Shown piece by piece: positions 34,515 through 43,674 of a DNA stretch of 56,593 bases; positions within the stretch are counted from its first letter, which is position 1, and every line of letters starts with the position of its first letter. Position numbers and translations under genes: made by a program. Under the pieces are notes generated by a model. It was not told the origin of the DNA. It saw nothing but the letters and a program-made list of their open reading frames with translations, and did no database searches. Source of the stretch: Microgenomates group bacterium GW2011_GWC1_46_15 (GTDB taxonomy: Bacteria > Patescibacteriota > Microgenomatia > UBA1400 > UBA12028); NCBI GenBank assembly GCA_001002285.1, contig LCLX01000001.1, positions 258,302 to 314,894 of the forward strand, given 5' to 3'.

Positions 34515-37433
34515 ATGGAAACGCAGTACATTAAGATCCGCGGCGCGCGTCAGCACAATCTCAAGAATGTTTCGCTTGATATACCAAAAAATAAGCTTGT
34601 CGTGCTCACGGGCATGTCAGGGAGCGGAAAAAGTTCACTCGCGTTTGACACATTGTATGCAGAGGGACAACGGCGGTATGTAGAGAGTCTTTCTTCGTAT
34701 GCCCGCCAGTTTCTTGGTGTTATGACAAAGCCGGATGTGGACTCAATTGAAGGATTGTCGCCGGCGATTTCGATTGACCAAAAAACAACGTCGCACAATC
34801 CCCGCTCAACCGTGGGAACAATCACTGAAATTTATGACTATCTGCGATTATTATTCGCGCGCGTTGGCCATCCGCATTGTCCTGTGTGTGGAAGTGAAAT
34901 TTCGCAGCAAAGCATTGATCAAATTGTAGAACATATTCTCAATCTCATCCGTGAGGATGTAAAAAAGAAACACGCGTCCAGATTTATGGTGCTTGCTCCA
35001 GTTGTGCGGGATAAAAAAGGCGAGTTCCAGGCACTTTTTCAAAACCTCAAAAAGCAGGGATTTCAGCGCGTGCGTGTAGACGGCACAATCTACGATATGA
35101 ATGACGACTTTGTTTTGTTGAAAAATAATAAACATACCATTTCCGCGGTACTTGAACGATTTGTGCTCACAAAAGAAATTTTGAATGATTCTGCGTTATT
35201 CAAACAAGACCGTTCGCGCATTACACAGGTTGTTGAGCAGGCGCTCCGTGTTTCTGACGGTTTAGTCATAGTGACGTTTATTGATGACAAAGGACTGAGT
35301 TTTCCGGAAAAGCCACAGGATATGCGCGACGTTGTGTTTTCAGAAAAATTTATGTGTCCAAAAGACGGAACGAGTATGCCGGAGATCGAACCGCGTATTT
35401 TTTCATTCAATACACCGCATGGAGCATGTGAAACGTGCCACGGTCTTGGAACATTGTTAAAAATTGATGCTGAAAAAATCATTGCGCCTTCATTGTCGCT
35501 GAGTGAGGGGGCGATTATTCCGTTTTCGCGGATGTACGAACATGAAACGTGGTTTGGCCGGCTGGTTCACACGGTGATGGAAAGCTATGGAAGTAATGAA
35601 AAAACACCGTTCCAAGACTTGCCGGAAGAAGTTCAGCATGTGTTATTGAACGGCGATACGAAAACGTACACCGTGCATGGTGAAAACCGCATGGGGAGAA
35701 GTACAACGATTCAGGAACAGTTTATTGGATTTATCCGCGAGTTGGAACGCCGGTACACGGAGACAGAGTCCGAGTTCATCCGCCAGGAAATCGAGCGGTA
35801 CATGCGCAAAGAAGTATGCCCTTCTTGCCAGGGGAAACGGTTAAAAAAGGAAAGTTTGAGTGTCACGGTTGGCAGTTTGAACATCGCTGAAGCAACGGAT
35901 CTCCCCATCACTTCCGCGGAAACATGGGTTTCCTCTTTGGCGAAAGAAACGCTTACGGTGAAAGAAAACACCATCGCGGCACCCATTCTCAAAGAAATCA
36001 TTTCGCGCTTAGCGTTTTTGAATGCGGTTGGGTTGAACTACTTAACCCTTTCCCGAGAAGCCTCAACATTGGCCGGCGGCGAAGCTCAGCGCATCCGTCT
36101 TGCCTCGCAGATTGGAACGGGATTAAGCGGTGTGTTGTATGTATTGGACGAACCAACAATTGGTTTACATCAGCGGGATAATGCACGATTGATTGCCACG
36201 CTTAAAACTTTGCGCGACCTTGGAAACTCGATCGTTGTTGTTGAACACGACCGCGATACCATGTTGGAGTCTGATTATATTGTTGATTTTGGTCCGCGCG
36301 CGGGTAAACACGGCGGTGAAATTATCGCGGAAGGAACGCCAAAAGAAATCAAAGCGAATAAAAAATCATTAACAGCAAAGTACTTGAATGGTACAAAACG
36401 CGTTGAGTTACATAGAGCAAACAAACGGCAAGACGTACACACCAATCTTGAAATCCGTGGTGCGGCGGAGCATAACTTAAAAGCACTTGACGTTGATATT
36501 CCACTTGGCAAGTTCGTATGTATCTCCGGTGTTTCGGGGTCTGGAAAATCAACACTTCTATATGATATTTTGTATACCAACCTCGCGAAAGCACTCGGGA
36601 AAGTTGTGGAAGATAAGCCGGGGAAAATCAACTCGATGATGGTTCCGGACATGCTGAGGCGCGTGAGCTTGATTGACCAAAGCCCGATTGGCCGTACGCC
36701 ACGGTCTAACCCCGCAACGTACACCAAAATTTTTGATCTCATCCGCAATTTGTTTTCGCAAACGCAGGACGCGCGCGTAAAAGGGTACACCGCGGGCCGG
36801 TTTAGTTTTAACGTCAAAGGAGGACGGTGTGAGGCGTGCCAAGGCGAAGGTCAAATTAAAATAGAAATGCAGTTTTTGGCCGATATGTACGTGATGTGCG
36901 ATGTATGCCATGGTACCCGGTACAACTCAGAAACACTACAGGTGCGGTATAAGGACAAAACGATTGCCGAAGTTCTCGCGATGACTGTTGATGAAGCGAT
37001 CGAGTTCTTTACGTCAGTAAAAACAATTCAAGCAAAACTGCGCACTCTACAGGACGTTGGTTTAGGGTATATTCAACTTGGCCAGCCTGCTCCAACACTG
37101 TCTGGTGGTGAAGCCCAGCGCGTGAAGTTGGCAAAAGAGCTATCAATCCGCTCCACAGAACACACACTGTATTTGTTAGACGAGCCGACAACGGGCCTGC
37201 ATTTTGAAGATATTCAAAAACTGCTTGAAGTACTGGATCGGCTTGTTGAGTCAAACAACACGGTATTAGTCATTGAGCACACGATGGATGTCATTCGCAA
37301 CGCCGACTGGATTATTGACTTGGGGCCGGAAGGTGGAGATGGCGGCGGCGAGATTGTGTGTGTTGGCACTCCACATGATATTGTTGAGAGTCCAAACTCG
37401 ATAACGGGAAGATTTTTAAAGGAAGAACTCTAA
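34515..37433 (+). CDS. uvrA: excinuclease ABC subunit A
   Basis: Two ABC modules (GMSGSGKSSLAFDT / LSGGEAQRIRLA and GVSGSGKSTL / LSGGEAQRVKLA) and Zn modules (CPVCG, CPSCQGKR, CEACQGEG...CDVCHGTRY). Confidence 0.97.
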   Translation: METQYIKIRGARQHNLKNVSLDIPKNKLVVLTGMSGSGKSSLAFDTLYAEGQRRYVESLSSYARQFLGVMTKPDVDSIEGLSPAISIDQKTTSHNPRSTVGTITEIYDYLRLLFARVGHPHCPVCGSEISQQSIDQIVEHILNLIREDVKKKHASRFMVLAPVVRDKKGEFQALFQNLKKQGFQRVRVDGTIYDMNDDFVLLKNNKHTISAVLERFVLTKEILNDSALFKQDRSRITQVVEQALRVSDGLVIVTFIDDKGLSFPEKPQDMRDVVFSEKFMCPKDGTSMPEIEPRIFSFNTPHGACETCHGLGTLLKIDAEKIIAPSLSLSEGAIIPFSRMYEHETWFGRLVHTVMESYGSNEKTPFQDLPEEVQHVLLNGDTKTYTVHGENRMGRSTTIQEQFIGFIRELERRYTETESEFIRQEIERYMRKEVCPSCQGKRLKKESLSVTVGSLNIAEATDLPITSAETWVSSLAKETLTVKENTIAAPILKEIISRLAFLNAVGLNYLTLSREASTLAGGEAQRIRLASQIGTGLSGVLYVLDEPTIGLHQRDNARLIATLKTLRDLGNSIVVVEHDRDTMLESDYIVDFGPRAGKHGGEIIAEGTPKEIKANKKSLTAKYLNGTKRVELHRANKRQDVHTNLEIRGAAEHNLKALDVDIPLGKFVCISGVSGSGKSTLLYDILYTNLAKALGKVVEDKPGKINSMMVPDMLRRVSLIDQSPIGRTPRSNPATYTKIFDLIRNLFSQTQDARVKGYTAGRFSFNVKGGRCEACQGEGQIKIEMQFLADMYVMCDVCHGTRYNSETLQVRYKDKTIAEVLAMTVDEAIEFFTSVKTIQAKLRTLQDVGLGYIQLGQPAPTLSGGEAQRVKLAKELSIRSTEHTLYLLDEPTTGLHFEDIQKLLEVLDRLVESNNTVLVIEHTMDVIRNADWIIDLGPEGGDGGGEIVCVGTPHDIVESPNSITGRFLKEEL

Positions 37434-37435
37434 CT

Positions 37436-39250
37436 ATGCGCACGTGGATTTTCACAATAGTACTTTTCCTCTTTTCACTGTTTTTTTCTGTCCCGCGCAT
37501 ATTTGCAGTTTCCGAGTTTACGACAACACTTCGTGCGCAGTACACCGTGGATGCGCGTGGAAATACGCATGTAAAACAAGAAATCCGCATCGTGAATAAT
37601 ATTTCAACAATTTATGTAACACAGTACTCGTTTGATGTTGGCTCAACAACGCTTCAAAATGTCCGCGTTATTGGAAAAGACGGTGCCGCACTTCCTACTT
37701 CCGTAACAACGACCGGTGGAAACACGCACATTGCGTTACATTTTCCGGATAAAGTTGTTGGAAAAGATAAAGAACGCATCTTTATTATTGAGTACGACCA
37801 CCCCGACATCGCGGTTGTTGCGGGAAATGTGCTTGAAGTTGATATTCCATCACTTGTTAAACCAGACCAGTTCCAAACATACTCCGCGGTGTTACAAGTT
37901 CCCGCGAGTTTTGGTGATCCTGTCCGTGTGGAACCATCAACATATATTCCAAAACACACCGATCAAACATACGAAATGACGTTTAATCAGGCATACAAAG
38001 GTGTTCATGTATTATTTGGCACAAAGCAGATATACCGATTCCAGCTCCGGTACCATGTGTCTAATCCGTCAATTTCTCCCGGTGTTTCGCAGGTCGCTTT
38101 GCCGCCCGATACGAACTATCAAAAAATTCAGTACACCGCAATTCAACCAAAACCCGACAGTATCGAAAAAGATAAGGATGGCAACTGGATCGCAACGTTC
38201 ACTGTTGGCGGGCAGAAAGAGATGGATATTACCGCGGAAGGATACGCGACCGTTTTTCTCGAACCCACGACACAGGTGCCAAGCGGCCGGCCGGATAAGG
38301 CATATACACAGCCGCAAAAATATTGGGAAACACAAGATCCCGAGATCCAGAAACTTGCCAAGCAGTTAAAAACACCGCAGGCAATCTATAACTATGTTGC
38401 AAAAACGCTTTCGTATAGCTATGAACGGCTCAATCAACAAACACAAAGCCGCTTTGGCGCTGTTGAAGCACTTAAACGACCAACCGAAGCGCTTTGCCAG
38501 GAGTTCACCGACACATTTATCGCGTTGGCCCGCGCGGCAGGCATTCCTGCCCGGGAACTCAACGGTTTTGCGTACACCGCGAATCCTCGGCTCCGCCCGC
38601 TTAGCCTTGTCGCTGACGTGCTTCACGCGTGGCCCGAGTACTACGATGCCGAAAAACAACAGTGGATTCAGGTTGATCCAACATGGGGAAACACAACCGG
38701 CGGAGTAAACTTCTTCACACTCCTTGATCTGAACCACATCGTGTTCGCCATCCATGGTGTATTAAGCGAAAAACCGTATCCGGCTGGTATGTATAAAATT
38801 GCGGGGAAGGAAGAAAAAGACGTACTGGTTCAAGTTGACCGCGGTGTTCCGCAAGACGATATCCACGTTTCACTCGAAACAGATGTGCGCCTGCCTTCCG
38901 AGTTCGGGGTATTCAGCCAGACCGACCTCCTCGTACGCAACCTTACTGGATCAGCGTGGTACGATATCCCCGTAGATATCGCGGTGAGTCAAGGACTTTC
39001 ACTTGAGAAGGGGACGCAGAAATCAATTCCCATTTTACTGCCATATCAAGTTGAAAAAGCGCGGATTATCATAGGTCCAAGCTTAGTATTTACGCAGAAT
39101 ACGGGAAAAGTTGAAGCCTCGGTTGGCGACACAACAACATCATATGAAACAACAGTCGGACGAAATCTCCTCCCGCTTGCGCTGGGTATTGGCGCTGTCA
39201 TCCTTGCCGGAGCAGCCGGGGGTGTACTGGTTCTCAAACGCCGCCGGTAA
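37436..39250 (+). CDS. transglutaminase-like cysteine protease-fold envelope protein (N-terminal signal/anchor, C-terminal TM)
   Basis: Core CQEFTDTFIALARAAGIPARELNGFAY...HAWPEYYD...WIQVDPTW (Cys-His-Asp). Start is 2 nt after the uvrA stop. C-terminal LLPLALGIGAVILAGAAGGVLVLKRRR. Confidence 0.85.
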   Translation: MRTWIFTIVLFLFSLFFSVPRIFAVSEFTTTLRAQYTVDARGNTHVKQEIRIVNNISTIYVTQYSFDVGSTTLQNVRVIGKDGAALPTSVTTTGGNTHIALHFPDKVVGKDKERIFIIEYDHPDIAVVAGNVLEVDIPSLVKPDQFQTYSAVLQVPASFGDPVRVEPSTYIPKHTDQTYEMTFNQAYKGVHVLFGTKQIYRFQLRYHVSNPSISPGVSQVALPPDTNYQKIQYTAIQPKPDSIEKDKDGNWIATFTVGGQKEMDITAEGYATVFLEPTTQVPSGRPDKAYTQPQKYWETQDPEIQKLAKQLKTPQAIYNYVAKTLSYSYERLNQQTQSRFGAVEALKRPTEALCQEFTDTFIALARAAGIPARELNGFAYTANPRLRPLSLVADVLHAWPEYYDAEKQQWIQVDPTWGNTTGGVNFFTLLDLNHIVFAIHGVLSEKPYPAGMYKIAGKEEKDVLVQVDRGVPQDDIHVSLETDVRLPSEFGVFSQTDLLVRNLTGSAWYDIPVDIAVSQGLSLEKGTQKSIPILLPYQVEKARIIIGPSLVFTQNTGKVEASVGDTTTSYETTVGRNLLPLALGIGAVILAGAAGGVLVLKRRR

Positions 39251-40463
39251 AGTTGTGTATGTGGGAAAGGCAAAAAATCTCAAGAAAAGAGTGTCGAGCT
39301 ACGCAAGACCGCAAGTGGCGGGGAAAACAAAACTTTTAGTTGAAGAAGCGGTTACACTTAAACATTCTATTCTCCATTCCGAGTTAGAGGCGTTGCTTGT
39401 TGAAGCAGAACTTGTCCGGTCATATCAGCCTACATACAATATCTTACTCAAAGATGACAAGACTCCGCTCTATATTGTAATCACAAAAGAAACATTCCCG
39501 CGTGTTTTAACCGCGCGGAAAAAATCACTCCTCTATACTCAGCAAAAAGGAACGATCTTCGGCCCGTTTCCTTCCGCATATAAAGTACGGCAAGTGCTTC
39601 ACATCGCGCGCAGAATTTTTCCGTGGTGCAACGAAAGGATAAAAACTGGAAAACCATGTTTTTACTTTCATCTCGGATTGTGTTCTGGCGCGTGCGCGGG
39701 AAAAATAAAAACAGAAGAGTATCAGCAGACGATCGTCCATCTCAAAGAATTTTTACGCGGAAAAACATCGAAGCTACTTTCATCAATGAAAGTGGAGTTA
39801 AAACGTGCTTCGGCGGCGCAGGATTTTGAAAAAGCGGCGCTATACCGTGACCAAATGCGTATGATTGAAGAAGTCACAAAAAATCCGCATATCCTAGGTC
39901 CCAACCTTGACCTTCCCCAACTTTCATCTCTCGAAAGCGAGAATATGCTTGCAGAACTTCGCCGCGTTCTTTCGCAGTACATTTCGTTGCCCAAAACGTA
40001 CGTGCTGGAGCGCATTGAGGGGTATGACATTAGTAATACGCAGGGTTTGCGGCCGGTTGCTTCAATGGTTGTGTTCACGCATGGCCGTGCAGATACACAA
40101 GAGTATAAGAGTTTTAACATCCGTCTTGGAGAAACGCCCAATGACTACGGGATGCTAAAAGAAGCGCTCACACGGAGGCAGCTCCATCCCGAGTGGGGTA
40201 TGCCAAATGTGGTATTAATAGACGGCGGTAAAGGTCAGCTGCGCGCGGCGCTTTCTGTGTGGAAGTGGCAGACACCCGTTGTATCGCTTGCGAAAGATCC
40301 CGACCAGTTACTCATCTATAACCAAGAAACAAGACTATATACTGAGCATCCACTTCGTGAACGCGATCCTGCGTCAATTCTGCTTCAGCGCGTCCGCGAT
40401 GAAGCCCACCGTTTTGCCAAGTCACGCCATACAAGAAGAAGAACAAAGAGCGTGTTAGAATAA
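39144..40463 (+). CDS. uvrC: excinuclease ABC subunit C, short form lacking the C-terminal (HhH)2 domain
   Basis: GIY-YIG (LPEQPGVYWFSNAAGKVVYVGKAKNLKKRVSSY), UVR domain (AAQDFEKAALYRDQMRMIEE), and EndoV-like domain ending in RVRDEAHRFAKSRH. The start is uncertain (TTG 39111, ATG 39144 or TTG 39177). All options overlap the upstream gene. Confidence 0.88.
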   Translation: MKQQSDEISSRLRWVLALSSLPEQPGVYWFSNAAGKVVYVGKAKNLKKRVSSYARPQVAGKTKLLVEEAVTLKHSILHSELEALLVEAELVRSYQPTYNILLKDDKTPLYIVITKETFPRVLTARKKSLLYTQQKGTIFGPFPSAYKVRQVLHIARRIFPWCNERIKTGKPCFYFHLGLCSGACAGKIKTEEYQQTIVHLKEFLRGKTSKLLSSMKVELKRASAAQDFEKAALYRDQMRMIEEVTKNPHILGPNLDLPQLSSLESENMLAELRRVLSQYISLPKTYVLERIEGYDISNTQGLRPVASMVVFTHGRADTQEYKSFNIRLGETPNDYGMLKEALTRRQLHPEWGMPNVVLIDGGKGQLRAALSVWKWQTPVVSLAKDPDQLLIYNQETRLYTEHPLRERDPASILLQRVRDEAHRFAKSRHTRRRTKSVLE

Positions 40464-40467
40464 AAAT

Positions 40468-40866
40468 ATGCGCGGTTTATTAAAAAGAATTGTTTTTACA
40501 ACGCTTTCACTCTACGTTGCCACAGTAGTGTTCAACCAAGTGCATTTTGCGAATCCAACAGCGCTCATTACAATGGGTATTGTTTTGACTTTGCTCAACA
40601 TTTTTATCCGCCCATTTCTTTCTATTATTTTGCTTCCGATCAACCTTATTACATTTGGATTATTCTCGTGGATGCTCAATATGATTGTGTTGTACTTGGC
40701 AACACTTCTTACGCCGGGATTTTCGATTGGCGCAATCGCGATTCCAAGTGTTACGATCGGCATTTTTGTGTTTCCTGCATATCACCTCACCGTGTTTTGG
40801 TCGTTCTTTCTTGTTTCATTTCTTATTTCGCTTGGAAACAGCCTCTTCGCTTGGATATTTACGTAA
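40468..40866 (+). CDS. phage-holin-family-4 (DUF360)-like membrane protein
   Basis: GIVLTLLNIFIRPFLSIILLPINLITFGLFSWMLNMIVLYL matches the DUF360 pattern. Confidence 0.7.
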   Translation: MRGLLKRIVFTTLSLYVATVVFNQVHFANPTALITMGIVLTLLNIFIRPFLSIILLPINLITFGLFSWMLNMIVLYLATLLTPGFSIGAIAIPSVTIGIFVFPAYHLTVFWSFFLVSFLISLGNSLFAWIFT

Positions 40867-40889
40867 AATACAGTAGAATACATGCCTGT

Positions 40890-41111
40890 ATGAAAACAGT
40901 TCTTCTCGTGGCGCAAATCATCCTTTCCGTTCTTTTGATTGGATCAATTCTTCTTCAGGCGCAAGGTTCCGGATTAGGAGCCAGCTGGGGTGGCGGAGGG
41001 GAAAGTTATCACACGAAACGTGGTATTGAGCGTGTTTTGTTTGGATTCACGATTATCGGCATCATTCTTTTCGTGATTCTTGGGATACTGAATCTTGCGA
41101 TTGGATCGTAA
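40890..41111 (+). CDS. secG: preprotein translocase subunit SecG
   Basis: 73 aa: MKTVLLVAQIILSVLLIGSILLQAQGSGLGASWGGGG... plus a second TM helix. This is the in-frame internal start of the 40668..41111 ORF. Confidence 0.85.
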   Translation: MKTVLLVAQIILSVLLIGSILLQAQGSGLGASWGGGGESYHTKRGIERVLFGFTIIGIILFVILGILNLAIGS

Positions 41112-42496
41112 TGACATTTTTCAGAAAAACATATTGGTATGCTTCGGCGTTTTTTAAAAAACGGTGGAAACTTGTCCTCGGGGTTGTTTTTGTGAGTATT
41201 GTACTTTTTCCAACAGTATTGGGTGGATTGATAACGTTTCTACGCCTCAAAAAAACAACATTCATCGGGAGAATTGGGAGTGTTTCGCTTGCCACACTTC
41301 CCCGTGATATTCAGGAAAAAATGAGTGATGGACTCACGCGTGTTGATGAACGTGGCGTTGTTCTTCCCGCGCTTGCAGAACGATGGAGTGTTGAAGATGG
41401 CGGAAAAACATACCGGTTCATTCTCAAACAACGTGTGAGTTGGCAAGATGGCAAAGAAGTGAAGGTTGAAGATATTAAATACAACTTTTCTGACGCACAA
41501 ATTATTCCAACACAAAATGAAGTAATTTTTAAGTTGAAAGACGCGTTTGTTCCATTTCCTGCTGTTGTATCTCAACCGGTATTCCGGCAGAACAAGTCGC
41601 GCGTGATCGGAACTGGAGAGTTCCGTATGGTGAAGATAAAAAAAGAAGGAGCGAATATAAGTGAAGTTCAGCTGGAATCATCGCGCGAAAAACTTGTATA
41701 CAGATTTTATCCTACCGAAAGTAGCGCGATCACGGCATTCAAAACGGGTGCGGTGGATGTGTTGGAAGACATGACGGGAACGGGAGGTCTTGCTCAATGG
41801 AAAACGGTCAAAACGAGTCCAGTGATACGGAAAGACCGGTATCTCGCGGTATTCTTCAACATGGATAATCCGTTGTTCGAAAAAAATGTACGGCAGGCGC
41901 TCAACTATGCGCTTCCCAAGAGGGGTGGTGAAGAACGTGCGACGAGCCCTATTCATCCAGGGTCTTGGGCATTCAATAAGACGGTAAAAACATACGATGA
42001 AGACAATGGACGCGCGGTAGAGTTGTTGTTAAAAAGTGTCCCGCAGTCACCAATAAACATTGAACTGACTACTACTGTAAACTTTCAAGACGAAGCTGAA
42101 GAAATTAAACGCGAATGGGAAGCAGTGGGAAATGATGCCGCAAACGCGTGTAAACGAAGTAAAGAATTATCAAAAAAAGTTGAGTGTAACAACTTTGCGC
42201 TCACAATTTCGTTGCGAGTAACGAACTTTCCAGACTTAAGTAACTTTCAAGCCATGGTGATCGCACAACAGATTCCAAAAGACCCCGATCAATACTTCTT
42301 GTGGCACTCAACGCAAAGCACCAACTTTATGCACTACAAAAGCCCGCGTATTGATAAACTTTTAGAAGACGGAAGAAAAGAACAGGATAAAGATCAGCGC
42401 ACGGCGATCTATCAGGATTTTCAACAGTTTTTGGTTGAGGACTCACCAGCGATTTTCTTAACCCACCCAACAGAGTTTACGATTGAGCGGAAGTAG
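41111..42496 (+). CDS. family-5 (peptide/nickel type) ABC substrate-binding protein, membrane-anchored, orphan
   Basis: PALAERWSVEDGGKTYRFILKQRVSWQDGKEVKVEDIKYNF is the SBP_bac_5 signature region. N-terminal TM anchor. No permease or ATPase genes nearby. Confidence 0.85.
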   Translation: MTFFRKTYWYASAFFKKRWKLVLGVVFVSIVLFPTVLGGLITFLRLKKTTFIGRIGSVSLATLPRDIQEKMSDGLTRVDERGVVLPALAERWSVEDGGKTYRFILKQRVSWQDGKEVKVEDIKYNFSDAQIIPTQNEVIFKLKDAFVPFPAVVSQPVFRQNKSRVIGTGEFRMVKIKKEGANISEVQLESSREKLVYRFYPTESSAITAFKTGAVDVLEDMTGTGGLAQWKTVKTSPVIRKDRYLAVFFNMDNPLFEKNVRQALNYALPKRGGEERATSPIHPGSWAFNKTVKTYDEDNGRAVELLLKSVPQSPINIELTTTVNFQDEAEEIKREWEAVGNDAANACKRSKELSKKVECNNFALTISLRVTNFPDLSNFQAMVIAQQIPKDPDQYFLWHSTQSTNFMHYKSPRIDKLLEDGRKEQDKDQRTAIYQDFQQFLVEDSPAIFLTHPTEFTIERK

Positions 42497-43630
42497 CTAT
42501 TTCTTAAGAATATTTGTCGCAATCGATCGCGTCCAGCCTTCTTGCGTCTTTTTTCTTTCCAACGCAACACGGACGAGTTCATCAATTAACTTTGAATACG
42601 GCATACCGCTTGCCTGCCAAAGATAAAAACTCATTGAACCCGGAATTGTATTGATTTCGTTGATCCAAAACTCCTCGGTTGTTGGGTTGGCAAAGAAGTC
42701 TATGCGTACGACACCAGAACAATCGCAGTATGTAAACGCGGTTTTCGCGGCCTCCTGAACTTTTGCAGAGAGTGTTGGGGACACGGGCGCGGGGATGCGG
42801 CGGTCTAAGCTTGCCATCCCGCTTTTCTTTCCTCCTCCGCGCTGATACTTGTCCGCGTAACTCAAAATCTCATCGTGCTTCACAGGCTGTTCAAGTACAG
42901 AGGCTTTGAGATCTTGAAAACCGAGCACAGAAACATTCAACTCAATGCAGTCAGGCGCTTCTTCTTCAACAACAACGCGGCGGTCAAAGTGGAGCGCAAC
43001 CTCAATGGCATACAGGAGTGATTTTTGATCGGTCGCTTTCGTAATTCCCACGCTTGAGCCAAGGTTCGCGGGCTTTACATAGAGCGGGTAGGAATGGCTG
43101 AGGAGTTTTTTCAGCACATCCTGTTTATGCTCTTTCCAGTCTTTTGCGGTAAACCACTCATACGGCAGAATGGGAAGCCGCGCCGATGCCAACACTTGTT
43201 TTGTAATGATTTTATCCATACACACTGCCGAACCAAGCACGCCTGGGCCTTGATACGGAATGTTGGCAAGTTCTAATAACCCTTGAACAGTTCCATCTTC
43301 ACCCAGCGTTCCGTGACAACAAATAATCGCGGCATCAAGGGATCCTAATGATTGTTGTGCCTCACTGGAGGAGCGTGCGAGAAGTTTGATATCTGGCGAT
43401 GCTAGCAGAGGATACGCTTCGTTTTTTTGAACAAGGTCAAGATTGCGGTAGGTCTCAATGAACTCAAGTTTTGGCCCTGTCAGCCACCGGCCGTTTTTAT
43501 CAATATATACAGGAACAACGTCATACTTTGTACGGTCAACATTTTTCATCAACTGGACGGCGGTAATAACACTTACCTCGTGCTCGACTGAGCGTGAACC
43601 AAAAATAACACCCAACCGCAATTTTTTCAT
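42497..43630 (-). CDS. ddl: D-alanine--D-alanine ligase
   Basis: HGTLGEDGTVQGLLELANIPYQGPGVLGSAVCMDK and the C-terminal EINTIPG. GAAGGAGG SD. Confidence 0.95.
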   Translation of the reverse strand: MKKLRLGVIFGSRSVEHEVSVITAVQLMKNVDRTKYDVVPVYIDKNGRWLTGPKLEFIETYRNLDLVQKNEAYPLLASPDIKLLARSSSEAQQSLGSLDAAIICCHGTLGEDGTVQGLLELANIPYQGPGVLGSAVCMDKIITKQVLASARLPILPYEWFTAKDWKEHKQDVLKKLLSHSYPLYVKPANLGSSVGITKATDQKSLLYAIEVALHFDRRVVVEEEAPDCIELNVSVLGFQDLKASVLEQPVKHDEILSYADKYQRGGGKKSGMASLDRRIPAPVSPTLSAKVQEAAKTAFTYCDCSGVVRIDFFANPTTEEFWINEINTIPGSMSFYLWQASGMPYSKLIDELVRVALERKKTQEGWTRSIATNILKK

Positions 43631-43674
43631 GCCGCCTCCTTCATTATGTAACCGTTTTCTATTATACCAATCTG

